Assembly (NCBI GenBank): GCA_002269645.1
Contig: NIVC01001722.1
Location: forward strand, 181,922-245,921
Origin: Macrostomum lignano
Lineage: Eukaryota
DNA: 64,000 nucleotides
Direction: 5' to 3'
In this document: positions 26,501 to 40,211 of the stretch, one piece after another
Numbering within the stretch: position 1 is the first letter of the stretch
Layout: every line of letters starts with the position of its first letter
Notes under the pieces: generated by a model
Database searches by the model: none
What the model saw: the letters and a program-made list of their open reading frames with translations, nothing else
Told to the model about the DNA's origin: nothing
Position numbers and translations under genes: made by a program

Positions 26501-27841
26501 CTAAGACCAGGGCTAGGGGAGGAGCTAGGGCTGGGGCTAGGGTTAGGGCTAGAGTAGGGGCTGGGATAGAGTGGGATAGGGCTAGGGCTAGGATAGAGTA
26601 GGCTAGGGCTAGGGCTAGGCTGGGCTGGTGCTTGAGCTACCACACTAACTGGCTGTTGGGGCTGTGGTGTGGCTAGAGCTTGAGCTGGGGCTAGGCTAGG
26701 GCTTGAGCTCAAGCTAGGGCTAAGCTGGGGCTATTGCTAGGGTAGGGCTAGGCTAGGGCTATAGCCAAGCTAGTGCCAAGGCCAAGACTATTGTTAGAGT
26801 TTTGTCTAATGCTATGGCTATGGCTGCTAAAGTTAAGGCTGGGCTAAGTAGATCTAGGGCTAGGGTCAGGACTAGGGATGGGGCTAGGCTTATGATATAG
26901 TTTTTAGAGATATAGGGCCGCAACTATATATAATAGCTTGTAGTTTCTACATACCTAAACATTTTTTTAATAATAGAAACTGTAGCTATAAAAGCGAAAA
27001 GCCCAAATAAATTAACAGCCTATCCAGCTATGCTATTCCAATACTGTATCCAGCTATTATGTATGGTAGTATAGCTTTATACTACTACAGGGCTTTATAA
27101 TTTATTAATAGTATAGCTTTATAATTGTAATACTCTATATATAGCTCTCTTTACATTAAGCACTGGATTTAGAATGTTGTACAGTGGCACAGTGCCAGAC
27201 ATATGGTCTATTGCTAGCATGCTACTAATTAAATACTATATAGCCATTGATATCTCATATTGACGATAGCATCAATTTATAGAGTCAGTAGCTAGCTTGT
27301 TAATGTTAGTGCTTTCTAATTGTTTTTTTTTTGTTTTTACTGAGCTTGCTATGCAAAAAAATTAAAAGAAGTTTTTTGGAAACATTTTGTATGCTTAGTA
27401 TATAGTTCACTTCTACACAAAGTACAATCCAACTTCTATTTGCAATATAATAGAATTTGCTATATAGCATGCCAGCGTGGGTTGGCAAACATTTTCGAAA
27501 CAGAGTTTCGTAGAAATATACAATTCAAATTAGGAGAAAAAATTCGATTTAAACTTCTGTCATTTTAAGCGAATATCAAGCAAATATGCGTTTCGCTTCT
27601 TTCTGCATTGGCTCTTATATATTTAATTCATTTAGGCAAATATGATCTTTTTCCAGGCAACGTATACAAGAAAGATCAACAGAAGATCTTTTCCCAGGCT
27701 AGCCTGGAGATTTTTTGATCTTTTTCCCAGCCTAGCCTACTGCCGTCGGGTGAAACCACCGTGGTGAGGCTTTTAGCTTCCTGCTGACTCTTGAGCCCAT
27801 AAGGCGCGCGGATGGGCACGCACTCGTCAGCTCGTCGCCTC

Positions 27842-27905
<64 letters not shown>

Positions 27906-29413
27906 GAAGAAGAAGAAGAAGAAAAGAAGAAGAAGAAGAATAATACTAATAAGAAAAACAAAATTATAATAAAAAACAATTGATTATACCTGCCTTAATG
28001 GACAGATGTGCAACCGACAGCTCGCTCGATCAGCCACCGCTATTTTCGCGGCGCATCTGAAGGCTTTCAGATGCTAATTCGGTAACTCGATCGTCGATGC
28101 TGGGTACTGTACTCGCGGACACCCCCGGGTTAGACTGCTCGGTGCTCGATGCTCGGAATGAAATGACTGAACCAATTACGATCGCCCAACCCGGGCTGTA
28201 CCTCAACAGTTTATTTTCTGCGTAATACTGCAGGCCTGCTGGAGACCCCACCAATTGATTTAGCCTTTCCCCGGATTGCGACATCTGCCTGTCGAGTGAC
28301 ATCAAGTTATTAGAAGACAATATCTTCGCCGTCAACAGTTATTTAGAACTCATAGATCTTATATATATTCTCTGATAGGCCACTCCCAATGCATTCAATT
28401 CAGTAGCAGCAGTTCTTCACACTATAGCTTCATTATTGCTGAAACTTTCTGATTTTTATCGTTTCTTGTATATTTCGTTTACATTTTCAACTGTTTTGTT
28501 TGAATAACGATTTTTCATTCGCTCATCCTCATGGTTCAAGTGAAAATACACATCATTTGCAAGAATTATACAAAAAAATGAAAATAGCTATAAATATGCC
28601 TTGATACGCGCATAAGCTACTGACCTGATACGTGGTCGCTAAATTTTCCAAGAAATACAAAGGCTCTATGGGCGCGCCATAGGCGTAAGAACGGGGGGGA
28701 CAGTAGGGCCATGGCCCCCCCACTTTTTAAAGTTGTAGGGCCAGTATGGTATCTGCATGTGGCCCCTCCACATTTTAAATGCAAATTATGTAGACTTTTT
28801 GCCTATTTTTTACTCTTCTTTCTGGTTTTGCTGCTTCGCATGAATGCATTTTGCTGCAGGACGACAAAACATGCGCCAAAATGAGTACCTGCAGCGCCAA
28901 AATGAGTGCCTGCGGCGCCAAAATGAGTGCTGACAACACCGATTCTGAAAGTAATCGGTACATGATAATGTGCATTTCCCATGTAAAAAATAAAAAAATC
29001 TTACTCGACGGGGGAGGGGCCGGGGGGCGTGCGCCTGTGGAAAGCCGATTTTGAGAGAGCTGGATTGGTGAGCCAGGTCGCGGATTAGCTTAATCTCCGG
29101 ATTAGCTGATGTCTGCTTTTGAAATTCTCGCCGTCTTTTCTTAGCTACCGCGGGACCTTCGGCTGCTCGCCATATCTATGCTACCCTTGAGGATCACCAT
29201 CTGACGGAACTGGGAGGCCAGAGCATTAGGTGATCGATTTCTATGCTCTCAGGTCCGACAAGTTTCCATTCAAGAGCTTAAGAAGGCCGAACCCATCAAT
29301 TTATTGGTGATGCTGAGGCTGGAGGTTAAAGAATTAAGCAGAAGAATGGGATGGAGAGTAGCATTCTTATGCTGATGCTGAAGGTTGACTAAAAATTACC
29401 ATGCAGTATTTAT

Positions 29414-30706
29414 TAGGGGTGTTCGGGTCGGCCATTTTTTCGGGGTTCGGGGTTTACCCCGAACCCGGTACCCCTACCCCGAACCCCGAACCCCGTCCCG
29501 AACATTTCTTCCAACCCCGAACCCCGAACCCGGTACCAAAACCCGACCCGACCCCGAACGTAACCCCGAACATTTTCACGCTTATTTTGGTCAATCATTT
29601 TAATAAATTCAGTTTTCAGTTTTCAATTTTTCAGTTTTCAGTTTTGAATTTCAGTTTTAAATTCAGTTTTATATATTGAGATGTGCCTTAACAGCTTCAA
29701 CCACTTAGCCTTGTGGTTTTATTTCCCTTAGCTACTCTACAACTAGGAAAAGAAATATGAAACACTTCTTGCAATGGGATTGGGATTGAGATGGAAGGAA
29801 TACCAAGACCCAAGATCTAATAGTAAGATACATGAAAGGTCACAACTAAAATCAGGACCATTTCGTACCTATACTTACAACGAAATTGCTTTCATAGTAA
29901 TATTACATCTATGAGTTTATTTAAGCTGCAAAAATAGAGTACAATAAAATTAGATTATACCCTGTAGTGTAGATATCAGTAGAGATAGAACTAGAGCGAT
30001 AAAGAGATAGCACAGATAAAACAATGATGCAATGAAACAGGAGAGTTAATCACAAATATATATTTATTTTTACTTTTGATTACAGTTAACAGTAAGTCAG
30101 TAGTGGTATAACAGAATTGCTATGTAAAAACTAAAGTGACGTCTTTACATAAAATTGTATGCTGATATGAGTAGGTAATCATTGTGATAATTGATTATTG
30201 GCGACTGATGCGTGGAGAATAATAGTGTATTTATAAATTTTTAGCTTCCTCATCCAATCCAGAAGTTCAGACCATGTTACACGTAGCACATGTAAAATTA
30301 TTACTGAACGTAATTTTTTAAATCATCAACTGCAAGACTGAATGGGTCGAAAAACGACAATCGTTATTTACCAGAAAGTGTAAATGAATCCATGGTTCTA
30401 TCTGCTATTTCTGTTTCAAATTGTATGTAAAATATAACTTAAGTTGTACCTGAAACTCAATGCATATCTTTCGCATTGTGGATTTTGCATAAGGAGTAAA
30501 AAAGTGCTTGAAAATACTCTTGAGAATGATATTGTTCAAAACCCCGAAAACCCCGAAAACCCGGTGGCCAAACCCGACCCGAACCCCGAACCCGGTACCC
30601 CTACCCCGAACCCCGAACCCGACCCGGAACACCTACCCCGAACCCCGAACCCGGTACCAAAACCCGACCCGAAACCCGACCCGACCCCGAACCCCGAACA
30701 CCCCTA
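29414..30706. mobile_element. Non-autonomous hAT element, 1293 bp
   Basis: TIR TAGGGGTGTTCGGG / CCCGAACACCCCTA; exact 8-bp TSD GTATTTAT (29406-29413, 30707-30714); subterminal CCCGAAC/CCCGAC repeats at both ends. Confidence 0.9.
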
Positions 30707-32341
30707 GTATTTATGCTATTTATTCTGATAAAAAATTTGCTGACCCAGTCTGGGAAAAGTTTACAAATTGCAATAATAATAATTAATAATGGCCTGGGCT
30801 TTTGATCATGCCGATGCCTAGGTGTGCAGATATCTAATTATTGATATAAAAATAGTGAGCATACCCCATGCAGACGCCTCGTGGGACATAGCTGGATTTA
30901 AAATTAAATGGAAGTGACGCTCTTCAAATGCTGCAGCGCATAATAAACCGTTTTAGACCAATGACTATACTGCCTGGCTGAAAGTGTAATTACCGTATAA
31001 TTGGCCTGCCTATTTTATTGCAGGCTATACATTTTTTATGTCCGATAAGAACACGCATACGAAATTGATTTTTCAGTCTAAGAGCAAGTCCCGTTAAATA
31101 GCTTATCTAATTGGCTAGCCTGCGGCATGCCCTTATGACTTTTATCTTGGAGATAAGATTGCGCTAGACTATACGCAATCGATGAACACTTATATTTTGT
31201 CGGCTTCTTCTCGTGAAATCCTGATTTTGTCGAAAGCTGCTACTGCAGTCTGCAAATTCACTACTAATAGTAAGTAGGACGTCTCTCCTTTTTATTCTTA
31301 ATTGAGAAGTCTTGACATTCGACATTACATTTGAGATCACTGCTTGAGAGCTATCTATCCGAGCTGCCTCTTAGCGACTGAAAATAGGGGCCCCACTGAC
31401 AAATTTTTCCAGGAAGCGGGAAGCCATGCTAATTATGAGCAGGTGCGCCAATTGCGCGCGGTCAGTTGTCTCCTACGAGTATATTCGCAATCGAGTGGTT
31501 GGTTTCACTTGTGTATGTATCAACTAGATTTATTAATCATAGTAGATTGATTTATTAATCATAGCACTTCACAAAAATTATGAAAGAAAATTAATTTAGT
31601 TCAATATAAGGTGCAAAACTGCAAACCTTCAATCAACCCTTTGAAACAATAAAATTATTTATGATTATATTTAAAAAATACATTCAAATAAATATAAATT
31701 AATAAATAGGTACAAGCAACAATTGAAACTAATTGATATTAATTCATAACGAGGCTACTTAATTAATCGAAGAATCATCAGTGGCGGCGCAGGCGGGGGG
31801 CTGTGGGGGCTGCGCCCCCGTGTGACCACCCTCCCAATCCCAACCCCTGGGGGAACATTTAAAGATTTAACAACACTAAAAAAACAATGTTAAAACATGC
31901 TGCATCGCGTCAAATAATGCATGCCAAACAAAAAATAAGCCGCCAGGTGCGATAGAAATTTAATTTTTTTATTTTAGTTGAGATGTACATTCGAATTCGA
32001 ACTGTACTGACTTCAGGTTTATAAAAGTACTTTCACTTCTGTATGAAATATTCGAATTTAAATGTTGAAACTTAAGTTAAGAGGATAGTAACGTAGTACG
32101 ATCTTAACGAGAATTTTCTGGATAGCCTCAGGGAAAAATTCAGCTATGAAGTAATGTCGGATACTTCAAAGGGTTGGAATATTGTCACGCCTACAAATAA
32201 AAAATAAAGCTGAGGACTAACCGAAAAGGACAAAAACAGTCATGACTCATAAAGTATATGCTTACTTCGCCGGTACAGTTTAAATTCTTGATTCATTGTC
32301 TGTGAAATATTTTCAGGAATTCTTGTTCTTCAATGCTTCAA

Positions 32342-33520
32342 TTAATGTTGGCGAAAGGCCACCAACGGAGGTGGCGGCAAGACTTCAAAGTAGCCCACTT
32401 GGCGAACGGAGCCAAGCCGACGCGTGAGGAAGCGACGCCGTTTTGCGGCGGGACTCGTGCTGCTTCTGCTGCTGTTGCTTCTGCTGCAGTCGCGCTGGCG
32501 CTGCTGAGCAATCACAGGCGCGCGCCGAGAAGCAGTAGAGCGAGTAGGCGTAGGGCAGGTCGTTGCGTTGAATAGTACCGGTGGCGGCGACCTTCTACTA
32601 GCGTGCTGCTGACTCTGCTGAAGGCGTGGACTGCGGCTGCGCGATCGGCTGGCGATGCGGCTGACCGCCCGGCCGACCAGACGCAAGGCCCGCTGACCAA
32701 ACGAGGCGCTGCGACTTCGGTTACTGCAGGCTTCCTGTTGTTGCTGTTGTTGGATCGGCTCAGTCCACGGCTCAACCCACGGCTCCAGTCGCTCGATCCA
32801 ATTAGTAGGATAAGAGCCGATTTCGTGAGCGAAATCTATTAGCAGGGTCGATATGCCATTGATGCGACCCAACAGCTCCATCGTAGCGTCCATAGGCTGA
32901 ATGAGGCTGGGGCCGAGACAGGCACCCAGATTCGGCGCTGGCATACGATTGATTTGGCTGTGCGAAGAAACACGCTTCAGAAACAGGCAGAGATAGCGCA
33001 TGGCTGTAAGTTGGCTACTCGGCAATAGCAGACAGCCGAGGCGAAGAATCTTGACTTGCTTCTCCAGGGTTCGCCTGTTTGTTGCCTGTAGCAAAATCTT
33101 GGACAATTCACGAGGTACAAGGGGCTCTGGAAGCTCTCTCAGCCAGGCTTTTAGCACCGAACAGACATCGTGAACTGGAGTAGCATCTAGTATAGGCAGT
33201 CCCTTGTCCAGCCGCAGTCTTAAATCTCTCTGACGCACCTTCGAGCCTTCAATTCGAAACAATCCTTCGACTTGTAGATGATCGCTGATAAAGGAACAGC
33301 AGGCAACGAGGACAGTCGGGACTTTACCTATTCCCTCAATCTCGGTGGATGCCTGCTGCAGCAGAGGTCGTCCAAAGCATTGTGTACTTCGTTCTGTGTA
33401 AGCTGGTAGTCTGGCCTTGGGTAGCTGGATGCCTAGCTGAAGCAATTCTTTAACGGCAAGAGCGCAGACCTGCCGCTGCTTTGCTTCGCTGAGTTTTTCG
33501 CAGTAAGTTGTGCCAGACAT
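32342..33520 (-). CDS. Intronless RhoGAP, ARHGAP11-like, 392 aa
   Basis: FGRPL...VPTVLVACCSFI...VEGLFRIEGS (arginine finger)...HDVCSVLKAWLRELPEPL...NRMPAPNLGACLGPSL; the N-terminal extension resembles ARHGAP11. Confidence 0.88.
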   Translation of the reverse strand: MSGTTYCEKLSEAKQRQVCALAVKELLQLGIQLPKARLPAYTERSTQCFGRPLLQQASTEIEGIGKVPTVLVACCSFISDHLQVEGLFRIEGSKVRQRDLRLRLDKGLPILDATPVHDVCSVLKAWLRELPEPLVPRELSKILLQATNRRTLEKQVKILRLGCLLLPSSQLTAMRYLCLFLKRVSSHSQINRMPAPNLGACLGPSLIQPMDATMELLGRINGISTLLIDFAHEIGSYPTNWIERLEPWVEPWTEPIQQQQQQEACSNRSRSASFGQRALRLVGRAVSRIASRSRSRSPRLQQSQQHASRRSPPPVLFNATTCPTPTRSTASRRAPVIAQQRQRDCSRSNSSRSSTSPAAKRRRFLTRRLGSVRQVGYFEVLPPPPLVAFRQH

Positions 33521-34381
33521 TTCTCATGCTTTGTCTAAACTAGGATTGAGAGATTTTTTAATCCTTCGGGTGACTTTAAGAAGGGGGTGACTTTGAGCCA
33601 ATCCAAAGAGGCGAAACCGGCTCCACCAATCCGGGCCGGGCTCGATTGTCAGACACCCCTTCCCTCCAGCCAGCCCTAGGGATGGGTTTTTATTCAATCG
33701 TAAACAAGGCCTGGCCCACCCAGCAAACAGCAGCTCTCCCCGCCGCCAGACAGCCGCCTAAACTTATATTGGTCTTCACACGGGTTTTAATGCGAGATTA
33801 AGTAGGCCAGGACCCGGCTTTAAGTTCAGACTATTGTTGCGGCTGGACTGAAGAGTACTGTATTTTGTAAACAGCTTTATAGACAGCCAGATAGCAACGG
33901 CTGGCAATGTAATCTGGGTCTTATGCCAACTATCTTCGCTTTAATTAAATCAAAGCTTGAATTTAAACTGAAATTCCTGTCCAGCCCCTGTCTGTGAGTC
34001 TATAGTAGGGAATAAAAATACCGGACTTTGCTGAAACCCGGAATTTTGCCAATACCAGTATTAAATACCGGTTGGGAAGGCAAAGTTCTTGTAAGGATTA
34101 GCCTTTAGTTTTTTCTAAAAAAAAAAAAATAAAAACCTGTAACGGGACTTTTTCCTTTTGTCAAATTTGTTCAAAATTTATTCATTAGGTTTAAACTTTA
34201 AATTACAATTTTTACTTTTATTGTTTTCTTGCTTGCTTTGTTTAACTTGTGCTGTACAGAGTTTTACGTTTTACATAAGACAAATGGGCAGCGGTGGTAA
34301 ACACTAATTTGGGGGATTTTTGTAAAAAAACGATACCCCACTTTGCGAGACCGAGAGACCGATCCCGCCCAGCGCTATTAA

Positions 34382-36117
34382 CAGTAGAACTACCAAGAGG
34401 GGGGGAAATTCCCCCCCCCCTGACAATTTTTTTCGCTGCGCCAGAACGGAGCAACGCAAGCACACGAAATTTAAGAAAACGGGCTAACTTTTTGTAGCGC
34501 ACCTTCTCAAACAAGAATCAAGTCGCCAGCCCTTCGGACCGTCGAGATATTCGACGATTCTGCCAGAAGGTCGGATTTTTCCCATATGTGCTTTGTATTC
34601 AGTACATCCCTGTGCGCCAATCAGCACTGCGCCTCAGTGCAGCCTTGCCAAGTCTCCAAATTTCATCAGCACGTCGAACACATGTGTCTGCATCAGTTCT
34701 GACTTCGTTGGTCACTAGCCTTCACCCAAGTGGAGCTTCTGGACCCTCAACAGCTGTGGCACCAGGTGACTATAGACACCCTGATGCGGATTTCTCTAGT
34801 TTCGCCGATCAAGCCTCGAAAGTGGGCAAGAATCAACCGCCAGAAATTCTCAGCTAGTCTCTCAAGCATTCCGTCATCATCCCGACGCCGTCGGCTCCTT
34901 CAACAGATTACACCAGGTGACTATGGACAGCCTGTTGCAAATATGTCAGGTTTTTCTTATCAAGCTTCAATAATGAGCAAACCTAAACTGCTGGACATCC
35001 TCAGCTAGTCAGTCAAGCATTCAGCCATCACCCGGACGCCGTCGGCACCTTCAACAGGTGGCACCAGGCGAGTAAGGACACCTGAGCGTGATTTTTCATC
35101 ATGCTCTTAACATTTCTGAATCATTAAAAAATGAAAAAACCGATTGAATTTACTGGATTCTTAAAAGCATAACCCTTTCTGGATAAGAATTCGGTTCAAT
35201 TATTATAGTTGAATAAACTAAACAGCTTTTCGAATAAAATTTGTATGTAGCTCGTATGCATAAAAGTATGTGTAATAATAATATAAATGTACAGCAACAT
35301 AAGTTCAAGCTTAACTATAGCAATGTCCGTGCTTTAAAAATTTTGAGAGCTTCAGAAATGTTAAGAGCATGATGAAAAATCACGCTCAGGTGTCCTTACT
35401 CCCCTAGTGCCACCTGTTGAAGGTGCCGACGGCATCGGGGTGATGGCTGAATGCTTGACTGACTAGCTGAGGATGTCTGGCAGTTGATTTTTGCCCACTG
35501 TCGAGGCTTGATCGGCGAAACTAGAGAAATTCTTATCAGGCTGTCCATAGTCACCTGGTGTAATCTGTTGAAGGAGCCGACGGCGTCGGGATGATGACGG
35601 AATGCTTGAGAGACTAGCTGAGAATTTCTGGCGGTTGATTCTTGCCCACTTTCGAGGCTTGATCGGCGAAACTAGAGAAATCCGCATCAGGGTGTCTATA
35701 GTCACCTGGTGCCACAGCTGTTGAGGGTCCAGAAGCTCCACTTGGGTGAAGGCTAGTGACCAACGAAGTCAGAACTGATGCAGACACATGTGTTCGACGT
35801 GCTGATGAAATTTGGAGACTTGGCAAGGCTGCACTGAGGCGCAGTGCTGATTGGCGCACAGGGATGTACTGAATACACTAGCACTTATGGAAAAATCCGA
35901 CCTTCTGGCAGAATTGTCGAATATCTCGACGGTCCGAAGGGCTGGCGACTTGATTCTTGTTTGAGAAGGTGCGCAACAAAAAGTTAGCCCGTGTTCTTAA
36001 ATTTCGTGTGCTTGCGTTGCTCCGTTCTGGCGCAGCGAAAAAAATTGTCAGGGGGGGGGGAATTTCCCCCCCTCTTGGTAGTTCGACGGGCGGAAAAATG
36101 GCTTGGTATTCCTACTG
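34382..36117. mobile_element. Foldback element (1.74 kb) with ~734-bp inverted arms and TTAA flanks
   Basis: Arms 34387-35120 and 35351-36084 with a 230-bp spacer. Termini are CAGTAG...CTACTG with TTAA on both sides (34378-34381, 36118-36121). Each arm has an internal 151-bp tandem unit. Confidence 0.8.
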
Positions 36118-39100
36118 TTAAGCCAATCAAACCGGGGGGGGGGGCGGCATGTCACCCGCACGTGACCTAGGCAGGCCGGCCACCTCCCCCCCGCAAGCAC
36201 CACGCCTCACCGGTTTAACACCCAACCAAAGCTACGCATGGTCGGAGCGAAGTACATGCATATAAAAATGACCGAAAGGATCGAATAAAAAAATCAAAAC
36301 TCAATTTTTGAGATTAAAAACTAAAAAATCATTCAGAGGAAATCTAAACTCAATCGCCTTATCAGTTTACCATAAGTATTGCGACAGCTGCTTATGTGCA
36401 TCTCAATCATCTAAAGTATGATCGATCCGTGAATCTTACTCTAAGAAACAGGTAGCTGTTTCGCCTTCCACACTAAAAAGTCGTGGCTTTTTAAGCTCTA
36501 AGCCAGTGGCGTAGCCAGCATTTTCATCTGAGTGCGAGGGGTCACAACAAATTACACTTGTATTTGTCGTATTACTAGTGCGTTTAGTATGAGCAACTTA
36601 GTAGAGAACGCATATCGCTGAATGGGGTTTCGCCACTAGTAGACGCAAATTCGGTCGAGGAAAATCCGCGCTGGAAAAATCTTATTTACCGCGAGGGGCG
36701 AGACCGCGGTTTTTTTTAAATTTTTTAATTACATGCATATAGTTTGTGAAAACCTGATACGCGTAAGAGTACCTTCGTACCTACTTATAGTAGAAAAAAA
36801 GTAAATAACTTACATAAACTATGCTTTGTCTTGTACGAGTTAATGTATCTTTGATTTGTACGAGTTAAAAATGGAATCACGGTCAGATTTTACTTGTAGT
36901 TATTACATGTACAGTTTTAACTTTTCATCTTCAGCAAACAGCAAGGTACATCAAACAGATTTTGGCAGGAATAACAGCTAACTTAATATTCCTGCATGAC
37001 AGAATGTGTGGTGCTTTCACGCGTAGAATGACGCATATAGTACCTGAGAGTGCTGCTTCCGTTGCAATTGCAACAAGCCTGATGCAATGCAGTGGTGCAT
37101 TTTGCCGGGAAATAAATGCTTGGATGTATATAGTAAACAAACCTGCCTTGGTGAATGCGCGTATTAAGCGTTGCGAGAGGAGAAGCAACCAAGAAGCCAT
37201 ATAATAGGTCTGACTGATGCGAACAACAGGATACTGCAGTAGCACACCATTGCTACATAAATCTTCGCTGATTACGTATACACATACCGTTGCTGCAGTA
37301 ACTGGTATGCATATGCTATCTTTCATCTTGATCTGTATACTACTATATAAACATATATTCACTTCGGTGTCGTGTGGCTTGGTTTTCAATTGAAGCAGTT
37401 TGTTTGACTGTGTACACACTTCGGTAATTGTGCAATTATAACGAGCGCAGCAGGGCACAATTGTCTTTGTAGTAACAGTGGCAAATTTCTGGCATTTTTA
37501 AAAAAATACAGAAAGCATCCAAAGATCGCTTTAGGGACCTCTCAGACCAGTCAACATGGCCCTTAGCTAAGCATCGATGCTTCACTCGACACGTTTCCTC
37601 CAGGACCAGACCTCAGAGGAGCGATGCCCTTTTTGCCGCTCAGGCAGTGAGACAACGCTGAGCACTTTGTACCTGCCACTATCGAGTTTTCACTCACCTC
37701 GGAGCCAAACTCGGTTTTCTCTCACGTTTGCAGGCCTGAGAACATACCGCTGCTCGCCCGGTACCCCAAGGACAACGGGATGAGCTGAGTCTTCCCCAAC
37801 GCTGGTAAAGGAGGACCGCGCTGCAGGCGGGACCGCGGGCCCCCCGAGCGACATACTTCACTGAAAGTTATTGGTCGGCTGGTCGCTAGGGGCTAGCGGA
37901 ATGAGAGACTCTCTCCTCCGCCTCCCCGCTGCATCCGCCGGTCGATGCCCCCCCCCCCACCTGCAGCCAACTCAACTCAAGAATCGCTTGCTCCCAATTC
38001 CTAATAAAACTTCATCGCCGTTGTACATGAACCACTAGAAAAACCGGATGGCATCATTGAATACAATAATTGCGTTAACTAAAGAAATGTTCTATTTCTG
38101 TGATTTGCAAACGGCCTTTAAAACTAGTTTCCAAGAAAAGATTGGTATCGATCCTTCTATTTATACTGGCGCTTGCCTTTTAATTTACTTTAAAAAGATG
38201 GACTCGTATAAGACTGCATGAGGGTCAGTTAGTCGCAATTATAAGCATTAAGCTAGAATTCTAATCTTAATTTTGAGCCCAGCAAACTGCAGCTCAAAAT
38301 AATTGCCCACTGTCACTGATAAGACCGAGCTTGCCACTTTGCCCTGTGTTAAACTAATCGAACTTTACACAAAAGAGCACAATATAATGATTAGCAATTT
38401 AGAGCCCCGCAGTGCCAGTCAGCACCAGTCGAATCTTTGAACTGCGATACCAGCTACACTGCATGGGTCAAAGTTATGCAGCTAAGATTACCTCAAGCGA
38501 CCTTCTTTACCGCTATCTCTAATCACTTTAATGTTATAATAACTATAGCTTATTTATTTGAGTTACTTTCGAGTGCCCGGGTCTATCTGACGGTACTATT
38601 ACTGCAGAAGACACTATAGAAGAATTAGATAGACCCTCAACAATTTTCTGCGCACATTCTATATAGACATGAGGCGTCGCGTGCTCAGCACTGACCCTGC
38701 GACCTGGTGCGGCCAGCGCGCCCCTAGCGGTGCGGTTAGTCAGACCGATATGGACGCATTATCGGGGCCAATGCGGGCCTCAAGTCTCGATAAGGCCGGG
38801 GCACATGGGCAGCATCATGGCACAAGTCAATGCTAGAAATGCAAAAGTCTGGCCCCAAAAGCCAATAGCAGTGATGCCATGCCAGCCCTGTTGAAGCAGC
38901 AATCTGACAAACGGACAAGCAGCCACCCCAAGGGAGGGGGGTGGTCGGCGCTTCATATCGCCACTCCTACGGGGCGGCGGCTTATTTATGCCAGCGCCTG
39001 CGGCGGACGCTAATAATACAGACCGGTCTGCCTGAAAGAAGACTAGTTGCAGACAATGATAGTCGCGCATTTTACACGGAGCCGAATGAACAATAAGCCA

Positions 39101-40211
39101 GGATTATTAGGTGAGTTTGCCCGATTATAACAAGCAGCTCGGCAGTGGTCAGCTGTGTACATTTCCTCCCGAGACTGGCAATAATTTAGCCTCAGACTCC
39201 GCACCTGCGCCTATACTATACTCAGGAGGATGTGTGCACAGTCTGTCAGACTCTGAGCAATAATCAACTACTGCTAGTAATTAATAAGACTTTTGTTCTT
39301 CTTTCGGCGAAAATAAACGCAACCAAACGTATCTGACCTACTGACCTACGCTATAAAACTATCGCCGCTTGCCTTATTTTAATTTTTAATAAAGGAGCAA
39401 CAACCAGAGACCCAAACAGGGTAATTATGAATTTATGGCAGAGCTGTGAGACACGAAGAGGCCAAAATAAAACAGTGGGCTGCTTTTAATTTTTATTAAA
39501 CAGCAGAGCTGCAGGGGTCAGCTGCAGCAATACAATGGGCGGCGAATTCAACAGCAATTATGCAGAATAGATCGAATTAAAAGATCGAGCTTGCACAGAG
39601 ACTCGCTGACAGACAGATTGCAAGTAGTATGACAGGGACTTTTTGAACATGCTTGATATTGCACAACGTACATGTAGTCAAATACAAGAGATTAATCAGT
39701 AAAAGCAATGCATACAACACAGAGGCAACACGTAATCATAGCAGAATAAGCAAAATTAAAAAGAATAAGATACAAGCAATATTCTAGCGGTTGTCAGCCA
39801 TGCACTTTAATACATGGCTTTATTTGCAGTTAACCCCAATACATGTTGCAATTACACCATGGATTGAATAATAAAAAAATGCGACGCGCCACAATGCATA
39901 TTGCAACAGTATGAATCGGATAATTAATTAGGCGAGCGAAACTATTTAATCGTTAATAAATAAATAAATTATCGACTCCGATTTAATGAGTGCTGCAGTT
40001 ACAAATTATTATTTATAATATTAATAGAATTAATAGAACTGATAGTATTATAAAAATACGACAGAATTCAGAAAACAGCCTGGCGAGTGGCGTTATAAAC
40101 ATTTGACAAAGGTGACAAACGACTGAGAATTTGTGAGTAGCGCATGCACTGAGCACGACTGTCTAAGAACTGCTGCGATACTGTGAATTTGGGGCGATTT
40201 TCCAGGGGGGG

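Larger units (their letters stand above)
15108..28334. mobile_element. Giant foldback-type DNA transposon (13.2 kb) with ~4 kb inverted arms; possibly Academ-like and non-autonomous
   Basis: Arms 15108-19137 and 24324-28334 are near-identical reverse complements (mirrored ORFs 15107/28335, 15938/27488, 16715/26712, 18574/24572). Termini are TGACGGCG...CGCCGTCA, with a 3-bp TSD ACA (15105-15107, 28335-28337) and a 5.2 kb spacer. Confidence 0.85.

Noticed and set aside
36931-37458. 175-aa ORF
   Set aside because: No recognisable motif, no ATG start and no splice structure; other frames on both strands are similarly open.
37560-37975. Hammerhead/HDV ribozyme or RNase P RNA
   Set aside because: The required cores (CUGANGA/GAAA geometry; P4 motifs) were not found.
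38022-39160. LTR bounded by TGTACA...TGTACA with an adjacent purine tract
   Set aside because: No TSD, no second LTR and no internal coding region.
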